Part shown: piece by piece, positions 19,413 through 28,624 of the stretch
Layout of the letters: each line of letters starts with the position of its first letter
Numbering within the stretch: position 1 is the stretch's first letter
Assembly (NCBI GenBank): GCA_964248625.1
Contig: CAXTZG010000002.1
Location: 7,778-71,777, forward strand
Direction of reading: 5' to 3'
Length of the DNA: 64,000 nt
From: an uncultured Acetobacteraceae bacterium
GTDB lineage: Bacteria > Pseudomonadota > Alphaproteobacteria > Acetobacterales > Acetobacteraceae
The notes under the pieces: generated by a model
Databases searched by the model: none
What the model was told of the DNA's origin: nothing
What the model saw: only the letters and a program-made list of their open reading frames with translations
Program-made: the position numbers and the translations under genes

Positions 19413-20366
19413 ATGCGCAAGGTGATCTTCGACACCGACCCTGGCGTGGACGACGCCATGGCGCTGCGCTTCCTGACCAGGCGGCCCGAGCTCGAGCTGA
19501 TCGGCGTCACCACGGTGCACGGCAACGGCGACATCGACACCGTCACCCGCAACGCGCTCTACCTGAAGGACCGGTTCGGCTTCGCCGCCCCCGTGGCCAA
19601 GGGTTCCGGCGTCACCGTGCTGAACCGGCAGGGCAGCCCGGCCTGGCATGTGCACGGCCAGAACGCGCTCGGCGACATCGACATTCCCGATGCCGGCCGC
19701 GCCACCCTCGACGGCCGGCGCGGCCACCGCATGATGATCGACCTGATCCGCGCCAACCCGCACGAGGTGACGATCATCGCCGTGGGCCCGCTGACCAACC
19801 TGGCCCGCCTGATCGACAAGGACCCCGAGATCGTCCGGCTGGTGCAGGGCGTGGTGGTGATGGGCGGCGCCTTTGGCAGCCACGGCCACACCGGCAACGT
19901 TTCGCCGGTCGCCGAGGCCAACATCGCCAACGATCCGGACGCGGCGGAGGAGGTGTTCACCGCACCCTGGCCGGTGACGATCATCGGCCTCGACGTCACG
20001 CAGCAGATGGTCATGGACGGCGCCTACCTCGATTGCCTGCGCCAGGCTGGCGGCGAGGAGGGCCGGTTCCTGTGGGACGTCTCGCGCTCCTACCGCGCCT
20101 TCCACCAGCGCAGCCGGCATCTCGACGGCATCTTCGCCCATGACAGCCTGGCGGTGATCTATGCCGTGGCGCCGCAGCTGTTCACCTTGCGGCGCGGCCC
20201 GGTGCGGGTGGTGTGCGGCGGCCTCGCTTCGGGACAGACGATCCAGAAGCCGGAGCACTCCGCGTTCCCGACCGGCGCCTGGGACGCGCATCCGGCGCAG
20301 TCGGTTGCGACCGACATCGATGCGCGCGCAGCCCTGGCGCTGTTCGCCGAAACCTTCATTCGCTGA
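19413..20366 (+). CDS. Inosine/uridine-preferring nucleoside hydrolase
   Basis: Canonical 'DTDPGVDD', 'VGPLTNLA', 'VVMGGA', 'AEANI..DPDAA', 'HD'. RBS GGAGG present. Confidence 0.93.
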   Translation: MRKVIFDTDPGVDDAMALRFLTRRPELELIGVTTVHGNGDIDTVTRNALYLKDRFGFAAPVAKGSGVTVLNRQGSPAWHVHGQNALGDIDIPDAGRATLDGRRGHRMMIDLIRANPHEVTIIAVGPLTNLARLIDKDPEIVRLVQGVVVMGGAFGSHGHTGNVSPVAEANIANDPDAAEEVFTAPWPVTIIGLDVTQQMVMDGAYLDCLRQAGGEEGRFLWDVSRSYRAFHQRSRHLDGIFAHDSLAVIYAVAPQLFTLRRGPVRVVCGGLASGQTIQKPEHSAFPTGAWDAHPAQSVATDIDARAALALFAETFIR

Positions 20367-21369
20367 CCCCGGAGCCACCGGTGAGCAGGTAGCAGGAGCA
20401 TCCGGCACTGCGCGAGGCGTCCGGATCGGGCTCCAGCAGGCTCTCGACCGCGAACCGGCGCATTCTCAGCACCACGAAATCCGCCGGCCCGTCCAGGATG
20501 ACGTCGAAATCCTCGGCCAGCACCGACAGCCAGTAGGCGACTCCCTGGCGCTCGGTCAGGATCACCGGATCATGCGCGCTCACCACCAGCCCGTTGCGGA
20601 GCGCGCTCGTCGCCTCGCCGCGGTTGGTCACATGATATAGGTAGGAATCCGATCGATCCGTGGGGCGCAGGTTGCGATGATCCACCTGCTGCAGCAGCAC
20701 CGCATGCGGATCGAGATGGTAGGGAGCCTGTGCGTCCGGCTCCGGCTGGCGCACCGGCTCAGGCCTCGGCCCGGGCGGCGGTTCCGGCACGATCGCAGGT
20801 TCCGGCCTGGGCTCTGGCACGAGCTCCGGTTTGGACTCCGGCACGAGCTCCGGCGCAGGCTCCGGCACGGGCTCCGGCGCGGTCTCCGATACGGTCGTCT
20901 CGATCACCGGCTCCGGCTCGGCTGCGGCGAACAGGTCTGGAATCGCCGGCCTCGGCCGGGGCTCCCGACGCCTGGCTGCAGGAGCCGGCGGCACGGCGGC
21001 CGCCTGCGGCTCGTCCGGCTCCGGCGTCGCGTCATCCAAGTCGAGTTCCGGCAGCGGCAGCTCGTGCGTCTGCATGGCGTCGCGGTTGGCGAGGCCGCGA
21101 CCGCGGGCGGATCGCGCCTGGTCGATCCGGCGACGCAAGCCTGCGTCGGAAGGCGGTTCAGGCATGGCGGGGAGCAGCTTGGCATCGCCGCCGGCGCCGC
21201 GCCAGTAGTGCGCCAGCGCCTCTCCGGCGGTGCGTGCGCTGCTGATGCGCCGCAGGATCCGGCCGCTCTCGTCCTCGATGCGGAAGATCGGCCGCCGCGT
21301 GATCGGGCTGATGAGTCCGGCCGGCCTGGCCCGGACCCGGCTTCTGTTGGTCAATTCCGACGTGCCCAT
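20356..21369 (-). CDS. Hypothetical protein: small N-terminal domain, Pro/Glu-rich linker, C-terminal domain with an ART-fold-like motif pattern
   Basis: 337-aa ORF filling the gap between two genes. It carries PEP(A/V/R)PE repeats and 'YLYHVTNRGEATSALRNGL...PVILTE...FVVLRM'. Confidence 0.7.
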   Translation of the reverse strand: MGTSELTNRSRVRARPAGLISPITRRPIFRIEDESGRILRRISSARTAGEALAHYWRGAGGDAKLLPAMPEPPSDAGLRRRIDQARSARGRGLANRDAMQTHELPLPELDLDDATPEPDEPQAAAVPPAPAARRREPRPRPAIPDLFAAAEPEPVIETTVSETAPEPVPEPAPELVPESKPELVPEPRPEPAIVPEPPPGPRPEPVRQPEPDAQAPYHLDPHAVLLQQVDHRNLRPTDRSDSYLYHVTNRGEATSALRNGLVVSAHDPVILTERQGVAYWLSVLAEDFDVILDGPADFVVLRMRRFAVESLLEPDPDASRSAGCSCYLLTGGSGVSE

Positions 21370-21484
21370 GTCTGTCCCGCGGTCGATCGAGCGATCCCTG
21401 TCATGCCGGCGCCGGACGCCTGTTCGGCCTCGCTAGCCCGCGCCTGGACGGGTGGAGGCCCGGCGGCAGGCGCGCCCGGCACTC

Positions 21485-21748
21485 TCAGCGCCGCGGCGTG
21501 CCGGCTGTCCGGGCGGCCGGTGCGGCGGCGTCCGCGGCGGGAACCAGATCCTCTTCCAGCACCGTGATGTGGATCGAGTACGATACCTCGCCCTCATCCT
21601 CGTCGCGATGCACGGTGCCGATCACCTCCTTGCCGATCGCCAGCTCCGTGGTGGCGCCCTTGCGCGGCGGCGCCACCACGTTGACCTGGTCCGAACCCAG
21701 CAGCTTGCGCAGATAAAGCTGAACGCGCGCGATGTCAGAACCGTTCAT
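21485..21748 (-). CDS. DUF3126-family protein
   Basis: 'DIARVQLYLRKLLG...GTVHRDEDEGEVSY', typical of this alphaproteobacterial family. Confidence 0.85.
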   Translation of the reverse strand: MNGSDIARVQLYLRKLLGSDQVNVVAPPRKGATTELAIGKEVIGTVHRDEDEGEVSYSIHITVLEEDLVPAADAAAPAARTAGTPRR

Positions 21749-21849
21749 GAGACAACCTTTCAGCTAGGCCGGAACCGGTGAGCCCTGGCGGCGGTGGGAT
21801 AGGGCAAATCGCCGGCGATGGAAATCGACGATCCTGCGAGCCGACCGGA

Positions 21850-24333
21850 TCAGCCGGCTGCGGACGTGCCGTCCGATGCGATGCCGGCCTCGCCGGCCGA
21901 CGGCTGCCGGGCCAGGGCATCGAACAGGCTGTCAGCCAGTGCCGTTCGCGAGAAATGCCGCCCGGCATAGGCTGCCTGCCGCGTCGAGCGCTCGGCCCAG
22001 CCCCGGTCCTGGCACAGCAGCGCCACCAGGGCCGCCGCCAGCTCAGTCGGCGCGTCGGCCACCGTCGCCACCGCCTCCAGGCCGGGCATGCCCTCGGCGC
22101 CGATGGTGGTGGTCACCAGCGGCAGCCCCTGCTGCAGCGCCTCCACCACCTTGCCCTTCACGCCGGCACCCACCCGCAGCGGCACCACCGCCACCCGCGC
22201 GCGCGCATACTGCGCCGCCAGCTCCTCGTGGGTGAGGCTGCCGGTGACCGTCACCGCCTCGCTGGCCAGCGCCCGCACCTGGGCTGTCGGGTGCGAGCCG
22301 GCCAGCACCAGCCGCACCTGCGGCACCGACGTCTGCACCAGCGGCAGGATCTCGCGCACCAGCCAGCTCGCCGCGTCGATGTTCGGCGGATGCGCAAAGC
22401 CCGCGACGAACAGCATCACCGGCTCGGCCGGCGGTGCCGCGCGGGCGCGGAAGCTGTCGTAGCTGAAGGGCACGATGGCGCGCGCGCATGCGCCGGGCAC
22501 CGTCGCCCGCACCAGCGCCGCCTCGACCTGCGAGGGGTAGAGCACGATGTCGAACAGCCCCCACAGTCGCCGCTCCAGCCGCGCCATCTCGTCCGCCTCG
22601 CGGGCGAGCGCCGCATCGCCCAGCAGCGCCGCCTGACGGCGCATCCGCAGATGGTGCACGTCATGGCCATAGAAGCTGAGGCATGCCGCGGTATGGCGCA
22701 GCAGGTCGGACACGAACTCGGTGGCGACCGTCGGCCGCATCGTCAGCACGTGGTCGAGTGCCGCGCCGTGGCGCTCGATCCAGGCGGCGAAGCCGATCGG
22801 CAGCCGCCCGTCCAGCACCTCGACCCCCATGGTCTCCAGCAGAGGGGTATAGTCGTTGCGCGCCCGGTTCTGCGGCCAGAACTTCACCACCCAGCCGGCG
22901 GACTTCAGCGCCGCGACGATGCCCATGGTCGAGCGCGAGCCGGCATCGCGGTCCGGTTCCGGCACGTAGTGGTCGATGATCAGGATCGTCTTGCGGCCCC
23001 TGGCATGCTCGCTCGCCCGCATCGGATCGACTCCCGGCGGCATGTGCTCGGAGGCCAGCAGGCGGGGCCAGCGCGCCAGCATCCGGTGCCGGTTCACCTC
23101 CTGCTGCGCCTTGATGCCGGTGGCGATGTCGGTGCCGTGCGACACCCCCTCGTGATGGATCACCACGCTCGCCGGCTGGTAGATCACCCGCAGGCCCCGG
23201 GCGCGGATGCGGAAGGCGAGGTCGGTATCCTCGTAATAGGCGGGCGCGAACAGCGGGTCGAAGCCGCGCAGCTCCTCGAACAGCGCCCGCTCCAGCAGGA
23301 TCGAGGCGCCCGAAACGTAGTCGGTCTCGCGGACGGTGTTGTATTGCGGCAGGCCCGGATCGTCGTGGCGGCCGTAGTTCCAGCCGGTGCCGTCCTGCCA
23401 GATGATGCCGCCGGCTTCCTGCAGCCGTCCGTCCGGGAACAGCAGCTTCGAGCCGATCAGCCCCGCGTCCGGCAGCGCCCCGGCCAGCCGCACCATCGCG
23501 TCGAGAAAGCCCGGCAGCGGCTCGGTGTCGTTGTTAAGGAACAAGAGATACCGGCCCCGCGCCAGCGTCGCCGCCGCGTTGCAGTTGAGCAGGAAGCCGA
23601 GATTCTGCTCCCGGCGGACCAGCCGCAGCCCGCCCACCTGTTCCAGCAGCGCCACCGCCGGATCGCCGGACGCGTCCTCGGCCACGATCACCTCGAACGG
23701 CGTTTCCGTCGCCGAGGCGGCGATCGCGCGCAGGCAGCGCAGCGTGACCGGAACCTGGCCGAAGGTCGGTATGACGACCGACACCAGCGGCGTGCGCGAG
23801 GTCGGCAGACACAGGCCGGCTCGCTCCGGGGGCTGCGCCACCACCGGATCCTCCGCCGGCTCCGGCGGCAGCGCCTGCTGCGGCGCGGGCTCGGTCGGTT
23901 CCGGTGCCGGCACCGCCGGAAGCTGGCGCAGCGCCCGCGCCCGCAGCTGCCGCTTCCATTGCAGGGTCAGCGTCCACCAGATCGCCTTCAGGCCGCGCCG
24001 TCCGTATCGCGCCAGGCCGGGATGGCGATCGAGCAGCCGGCGCAGCGGCCACGTTGCGCGCCAGATCGCGCTCGACTGGTAGGAGACCAGATGCAGGCGC
24101 AGCAGCGCGATCTCGGCATCCTGCTGCCGGATGCGCTCGAGGGAAGCGCGGTCGTCGACCACGACCACCGGCGGCGGCGGTTCCGGCGGCGGCCGGGCCA
24201 GCAGGGCCGCATGGGCATTTTGTTCCCGGCGCAGATCCTGGCGCAGCGCGCCCAGCCGCAGCTCGGCCTGCAGCAGCGACAGGCGCAGCGCCGCCTGCTC
24301 GGCCGCAGCCTCGTCGGGAGGTGGAAGCGTCAT
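21850..24333 (-). CDS. Bifunctional glycosyltransferase (GT2 + GT4/GT-B) with N-terminal coiled coil
   Basis: GT2 'VSVVIPTFGQ', 'LFLNNDT', 'QEAGGIIW', 'YYEDTDL'. GT4-like 'FAHPPNIDA', 'VPLRVGAGVKGKVVEAL'. Confidence 0.9.
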   Translation of the reverse strand: MTLPPPDEAAAEQAALRLSLLQAELRLGALRQDLRREQNAHAALLARPPPEPPPPVVVVDDRASLERIRQQDAEIALLRLHLVSYQSSAIWRATWPLRRLLDRHPGLARYGRRGLKAIWWTLTLQWKRQLRARALRQLPAVPAPEPTEPAPQQALPPEPAEDPVVAQPPERAGLCLPTSRTPLVSVVIPTFGQVPVTLRCLRAIAASATETPFEVIVAEDASGDPAVALLEQVGGLRLVRREQNLGFLLNCNAAATLARGRYLLFLNNDTEPLPGFLDAMVRLAGALPDAGLIGSKLLFPDGRLQEAGGIIWQDGTGWNYGRHDDPGLPQYNTVRETDYVSGASILLERALFEELRGFDPLFAPAYYEDTDLAFRIRARGLRVIYQPASVVIHHEGVSHGTDIATGIKAQQEVNRHRMLARWPRLLASEHMPPGVDPMRASEHARGRKTILIIDHYVPEPDRDAGSRSTMGIVAALKSAGWVVKFWPQNRARNDYTPLLETMGVEVLDGRLPIGFAAWIERHGAALDHVLTMRPTVATEFVSDLLRHTAACLSFYGHDVHHLRMRRQAALLGDAALAREADEMARLERRLWGLFDIVLYPSQVEAALVRATVPGACARAIVPFSYDSFRARAAPPAEPVMLFVAGFAHPPNIDAASWLVREILPLVQTSVPQVRLVLAGSHPTAQVRALASEAVTVTGSLTHEELAAQYARARVAVVPLRVGAGVKGKVVEALQQGLPLVTTTIGAEGMPGLEAVATVADAPTELAAALVALLCQDRGWAERSTRQAAYAGRHFSRTALADSLFDALARQPSAGEAGIASDGTSAAG

Positions 24334-24464
24334 GACGATCCCCGCGGGAAGCCGCCTGCATGGCCCCGCTCGGGGCGGCGCAGCGGCGTCAGGTCAGACC
24401 GCCTCGGCGTGCGATCCGGACGCGTGATAAGGCGGTGGCCTGCGAACGTGAAGCGGGCAGCGGG

Positions 24465-24869
24465 TCAGGCGGCCAGGTGACGTCCGCGGGCGAACAGCTC
24501 GAGCTCGATCTTGATGTCCGGCGTATCGAAACCGCTGACCAGACGCAGCGTCGCCGCCGGCCTTGCATCGCCGAACGCATTGCGCAGGAACGGGAAGCAG
24601 GCCGGGAACGCATCGGCGTCCTGCACCAGGTACACCACCCGCACCACGTCGTTCATCGACAGGCCGGCTGCTTCCAGCGACTGCGCCCCGTTCATCAGCG
24701 CCTGGCGGCACTGCTCGGACAGCCGGCGCGGGAACCCGCCCTGATGCCGATCAAAGCCGGTGACCCGACGCACATGCACTTCCTGCCGGCGGTTCAGCGG
24801 TCGACACTCGGTCCGCGACAGCGCGGCCAGGTCGGGACTCGAAAGCTGCGTTTTCGCCCTCATCAGCAC
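24465..24869 (-). CDS. RidA/YjgF/UK114-family protein, divergent (no catalytic Arg)
   Basis: 'EQCRQAL......LEAAGLSMNDVVRV', 'RPAAT', 'KIELE'. The N-terminus is atypical. Confidence 0.75.
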   Translation of the reverse strand: MLMRAKTQLSSPDLAALSRTECRPLNRRQEVHVRRVTGFDRHQGGFPRRLSEQCRQALMNGAQSLEAAGLSMNDVVRVVYLVQDADAFPACFPFLRNAFGDARPAATLRLVSGFDTPDIKIELELFARGRHLAA

Positions 24870-24999
24870 TGGCCGGTTCCGTCTCAGATATGCATCACAA
24901 GTGCGTTATTCTGGACGATTGCGCAACCATGCAATCGTGCTGCGGTCGCATTTAACCGTGATCGTCGGATGAGCCGACGTCTCCGCCGGAGTTTCAGGA

Positions 25000-25512
25000 G
25001 TGGATGCCACGCCCGATGCCGTCGGCCCGGCCAGCCTGCACGGCAGTTGCGGCGCCCTGGCCGGGCAGGGCGTGCTGCTGCTCGGCGCGGCAGGCTCCGG
25101 CAAGTCCGATCTGCTGCTGCGCCTGATCGACCGGGGCTTTGCGCTGGTCGCCGATGATCGCGTGATCGTGGAGACTGGCTGCGCCCGGTCGCCGCCGGCC
25201 CTGGCCGGGCTGATCGAGATCCGCGGCATCGGGCTGCTGCGCCTGCCGCACGTGGGTCCGGTCCCGTTGGCGCTGGTGCTGGCGCTCGATGAGGCGGCAT
25301 TCGCGCCCGCAGAGCCTCGGCCAGCCGACGGCTTCCGGCTTCCACGGCCGGCCTGCCATGTCCGCCTCGGCTTGCCGATGCTGCGGATCGCCCCGTTCCA
25401 CGCCTCGGCCGCGTTCCGGATCGAGATCGCGCTCGACTGCCTCGCCGGCCGCCGCCGGCTGCTGGCAGGTGGACTGGATGCGGCGCGTCCCGCCGGCCTC
25501 GATCCTGCGTGA
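25000..25512 (+). CDS. hprK: HPr kinase/phosphorylase (short alphaproteobacterial form)
   Basis: 'LHGSC', Walker A 'GAAGSGKSDL', 'LVADD', 'GLIEIRGIG'. Confidence 0.9.
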   Translation: MDATPDAVGPASLHGSCGALAGQGVLLLGAAGSGKSDLLLRLIDRGFALVADDRVIVETGCARSPPALAGLIEIRGIGLLRLPHVGPVPLALVLALDEAAFAPAEPRPADGFRLPRPACHVRLGLPMLRIAPFHASAAFRIEIALDCLAGRRRLLAGGLDAARPAGLDPA

Positions 25513-25856
25513 GCACGGATCGATCGGCGGGACGCGCCGGGAACAGGGCTGCCCTGTTGCGGAAACAGGAGGGAGTCGATCCCGGAACCCGCCGCAACGG
25601 GTCCCGCGCACCAGATCATGGCAGGTGGCCGACGCAGCGAGGCGTCCGCCGGCCGGGACCGCGCATCAAGCAATCCTGGACAGGACGCATGGCTTGCTGC
25701 GATGGGTGCTGCCGCAGCCCGATATTGCCGGCGGGACGAGATGCCGAACAACGACATGGAGCGTCGCCGCATGGCGACCGACTGATGACCCTGACCGATC
25801 CGCAACCCAGCGCCGCCGAGCCCGTGTCGATCGTCATGAGGACTCCCGCATCGTGA
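25509..25856 (+). other. 115-codon ORF of unknown status in the usual rapZ position
   Basis: Its GTG overlaps the hprK TGA (GTGA, 25509-25512) and its TGA overlaps the EIIA GTG (25853-25856). No recognisable motif. Confidence 0.3.
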
Positions 25857-26362
25857 TCGGCGTGGTTCTCATCACCCATGGCGAGATCGGCACGTCGCTG
25901 CGCGCGGCGATGGAGCATGTGGTCGGCGTGCAGCAGCAGATGGCCACGCTGTCGATCGGCGCCGAGGACGACATCCAGGCCCGCCGGCGCGACCTCGAGG
26001 CAGCGATCGCGGCGGTGGATCGCGGCGACGGCATCGTGCTGCTGACCGACATGTTCGGCAGCACGCCCTCGAACCTGGCGATCTCGATGCGCGGCCGCGC
26101 CGATCTGGAGGTCATTGCCGGCGTCAACCTGCCGATGCTGGTCAAGCTCGGGCAGATCCGGTCCAGCCGGACGCTTGCCGAATGCATCGAGATCGCTGAG
26201 ACGACCGGCCGCAAATACATCGCCGCCGCGTCGCATCTGTCCGAGACCTGCCTCGGCGGCGCGGTCTGCTGCAGCGTCCTGCCCCAGGCGGTCAGGCCCG
26301 CCGCCGCCGTCGAGCCGCCCGCGGACGGCCATCTCCGCCCCCTCGCCAAGCTGGCCGGTTGA
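25853..26362 (+). CDS. PTS EIIA component, mannose/fructose class (ManX-like)
   Basis: 'IGVVLITHG' (phospho-His), 'LTDMFGSTPSN', 'GVNLPML', 'GRKYI'. Cys-rich tail. Confidence 0.92.
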   Translation: MIGVVLITHGEIGTSLRAAMEHVVGVQQQMATLSIGAEDDIQARRRDLEAAIAAVDRGDGIVLLTDMFGSTPSNLAISMRGRADLEVIAGVNLPMLVKLGQIRSSRTLAECIEIAETTGRKYIAAASHLSETCLGGAVCCSVLPQAVRPAAAVEPPADGHLRPLAKLAG

Positions 26363-26378
26363 GCCGGACACCGGCGTC

Positions 26379-26690
26379 ATGCCCTCCGCCGACGAGCAGC
26401 AGGCGCCGCCGGACCGCCTCAGCAGGGCCGTCACGATCGTCAACCTGCGGGGCCTGCATGCCCGCGCGGCCGCCCGCTTCGTCGTCATGGCCGAACGCTT
26501 CAGCACGCCGGTCGACGTGTCGCGCGACGGCGAGGTGGTGTCGGCCCGGTCGATCATGGGGCTGATGATGCTGGGTGCCGGTCGCGGCACCCGCATCCTG
26601 CTCCAGGCCGATGCCGACGGATGGGACGCGCAGGAGGCGCTCGATGCGCTCGCGACGCTGGTCGAGGCCGGTTTCGATGAGCAGGACTGA
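26379..26690 (+). CDS. ptsH: Phosphocarrier protein HPr/NPr
   Basis: 'IVNLRGLHARAAARF' (His15) and 'SARSIMGLMML' (Ser46). Confidence 0.93.
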   Translation: MPSADEQQAPPDRLSRAVTIVNLRGLHARAAARFVVMAERFSTPVDVSRDGEVVSARSIMGLMMLGAGRGTRILLQADADGWDAQEALDALATLVEAGFDEQD

Positions 26691-28614
26691 CGACGCCGGC
26701 ACGCCATCGGCACCACCCGACACGCGGGGCAGCAGGCCCCCGCGCCGCCCGTCCGCGCGGAAGACAACGAAACGGACGGGCCCCGCACCGTCGCCTGCCC
26801 CGGCGCCTGGCAAGGACGCGTGCGGCGAGCGTCATTTCGCCGGGCTTGGCATCTATCCCGGAATCGCGATCGGGCCGGTCGCGTTTGCGGTCGAGGCGCC
26901 GGCGCCGGTCGCGGCCCGGACCGTGCGGGCGGGGGATACCGGCGCCGAGGTGGCACGGCTCGACGAGGCGGTGCAGCGTTCGCTGCGCCAGCTCGAGAAG
27001 CTGAAGGCGCGTCTGGCCTTCCTGTCCGAGGACAGCCAGGCGGAGATCACGCCGCTGCTCGATGCCTACCGGCAGATGCTCGGGCCGTCGCGGCTGCTGC
27101 GCGGCGTGACCCGCCGGATCATGGAGGACGCGCTGAACGCCGAGGCGGCGGTGACGGCGGAGTCCGAGGCACTCGCCCAGAAGCTGGCGCCGCGGCCGCC
27201 GAAGGCCGGTGCGCCTGCCGCCGACGGGGACGACCGGTCGGCTGCCCTGCGCCGGGCCGAGGAGGTGCGCGAGATCGGTCGCCGGCTGGTCCGCAACCTG
27301 ACGCGGGCGCCGTTCCGCTCCTTTGCCCAGATCCCCGCCGGAGCGGTGCTGGTCACCGAGCAGCTGCGTCCGGCCGACGCCGCCCTGATCGATCCCGCGC
27401 GCATCGCCGCCGTGGTCATGGATGACGGCGGCACCGCCGACCACACGGCCATCATGCTGCGCGCGCTGGGCATCCCCGCGGTGCTGGGCGTCGCCGGCTT
27501 TGCGGCCCAGGCCAAGACCGGCGCCCGGCTGGTGGTGGACGGGGCTACCGGCACCGTCACGCAGGATCCGTCCGAGACCACGCTCGCGGCGGCGCATCGT
27601 GCCGTCGTGTCCTATGCGCGCGAGCGGCAGCGGCTGGCGCGGCTGCGTCGCCTGCCGGCCCGGCTGTCGGGCGGCGAGGCGGTGGAGCTGCAGGCCAACC
27701 TCGAGCTGCCTGCGGAACTGCCGCTGATCGCCCAGGCGGGAGCGGCCGGCATCGGGCTGCTGCGCACCGAGTTCCTGTTCATCAGCGCCGAGCGCCTCCC
27801 GGACGAGACGGTGCAGGAGGAGGCCTATCTGGGGGTGGTCGAGGCGATGGGCGGCGACTGCTGCACCATCCGCCTGCTCGACTGGGGCGGCGAGAAGCAG
27901 AGCGAGGCGCTGAGTGCGGCAGGCTTCGTCACCGGCGGCGCCGACCTGAACCCGGCACTGGGCCTGCGCGGCCTGCGCCTGCTGCTGCTGCATCCGGAGG
28001 TGCTGGAAACCCAGCTGGCGGCGATCCTGCGGGTCTCGGCAGCCGGCCCGGTGCGCATCCTGCTGCCGATGGTGACCACGGTCGCCGAGCTGCGCGCCAC
28101 GCGCGAGATCTATGACCGGGTGGCGCGGCGGCTGCGCAGGAAGGGGGTCCGGCTCCCCGAAAGGCTGCCCCCGCTCGGGGTCATGGTCGAGACGCCGGCG
28201 GCGGCCCTCGGTGCCGAGACCCTGGCGCTGGATGCCGAGTTCCTGGCGATCGGCACCAACGACCTCACCATGTACACGCTCGCGGTCGACCGCTCCTCCA
28301 GCGACGTGTCGACGCTCTACGATCCGCTGCATCCGGCGGTGCTGCACCTGATCGGCCAGGCGACCGACGCCGCCCTGCGGGCGCGGCGCCCGGTGTCGCT
28401 GTGCGGCGAGATCGCCGGCAATCCCGTCGTGGTGCCGCTGCTGATGGGCATGGGCCTGCGCTCGTTCAGCATGAACGCGTCCGCGATCCCGCGGGTGAAG
28501 CAGGTGGTCCGCAAGGCCTCCCTCGATGAGTGCCGCCGGCTGGCGCGCCGGGTGCTGGAGGAGAGCGACCCGCAGCAGGTGGCGACGCTTCTCAGCGACT
28601 TCGCCGCGCGATAA
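26677..28614 (+). CDS. ptsI: PEP-protein phosphotransferase (PTS enzyme I, no GAF domain)
   Basis: '[10 protein letters not shown]' (phospho-His), 'GIGLLRTEF', 'NPALGLRG', 'MVETP', 'IGTNDLTMY', 'CGE'. Confidence 0.93.
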   Translation: MSRTDDAGTPSAPPDTRGSRPPRRPSARKTTKRTGPAPSPAPAPGKDACGERHFAGLGIYPGIAIGPVAFAVEAPAPVAARTVRAGDTGAEVARLDEAVQRSLRQLEKLKARLAFLSEDSQAEITPLLDAYRQMLGPSRLLRGVTRRIMEDALNAEAAVTAESEALAQKLAPRPPKAGAPAADGDDRSAALRRAEEVREIGRRLVRNLTRAPFRSFAQIPAGAVLVTEQLRPADAALIDPARIAAVVMDDGGTADHTAIMLRALGIPAVLGVAGFAAQAKTGARLVVDGATGTVTQDPSETTLAAAHRAVVSYARERQRLARLRRLPARLSGGEAVELQANLELPAELPLIAQAGAAGIGLLRTEFLFISAERLPDETVQEEAYLGVVEAMGGDCCTIRLLDWGGEKQSEALSAAGFVTGGADLNPALGLRGLRLLLLHPEVLETQLAAILRVSAAGPVRILLPMVTTVAELRATREIYDRVARRLRRKGVRLPERLPPLGVMVETPAAALGAETLALDAEFLAIGTNDLTMYTLAVDRSSSDVSTLYDPLHPAVLHLIGQATDAALRARRPVSLCGEIAGNPVVVPLLMGMGLRSFSMNASAIPRVKQVVRKASLDECRRLARRVLEESDPQQVATLLSDFAAR

Positions 28615-28624
28615 GCACGCCGCC

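Noticed and set aside
20730-20930. Tandem GGCTCCGG-like DNA repeats resembling an array
   Set aside because: They are in-frame Pro-Glu codon repeats with no unique spacers or cas genes, so this is not CRISPR.
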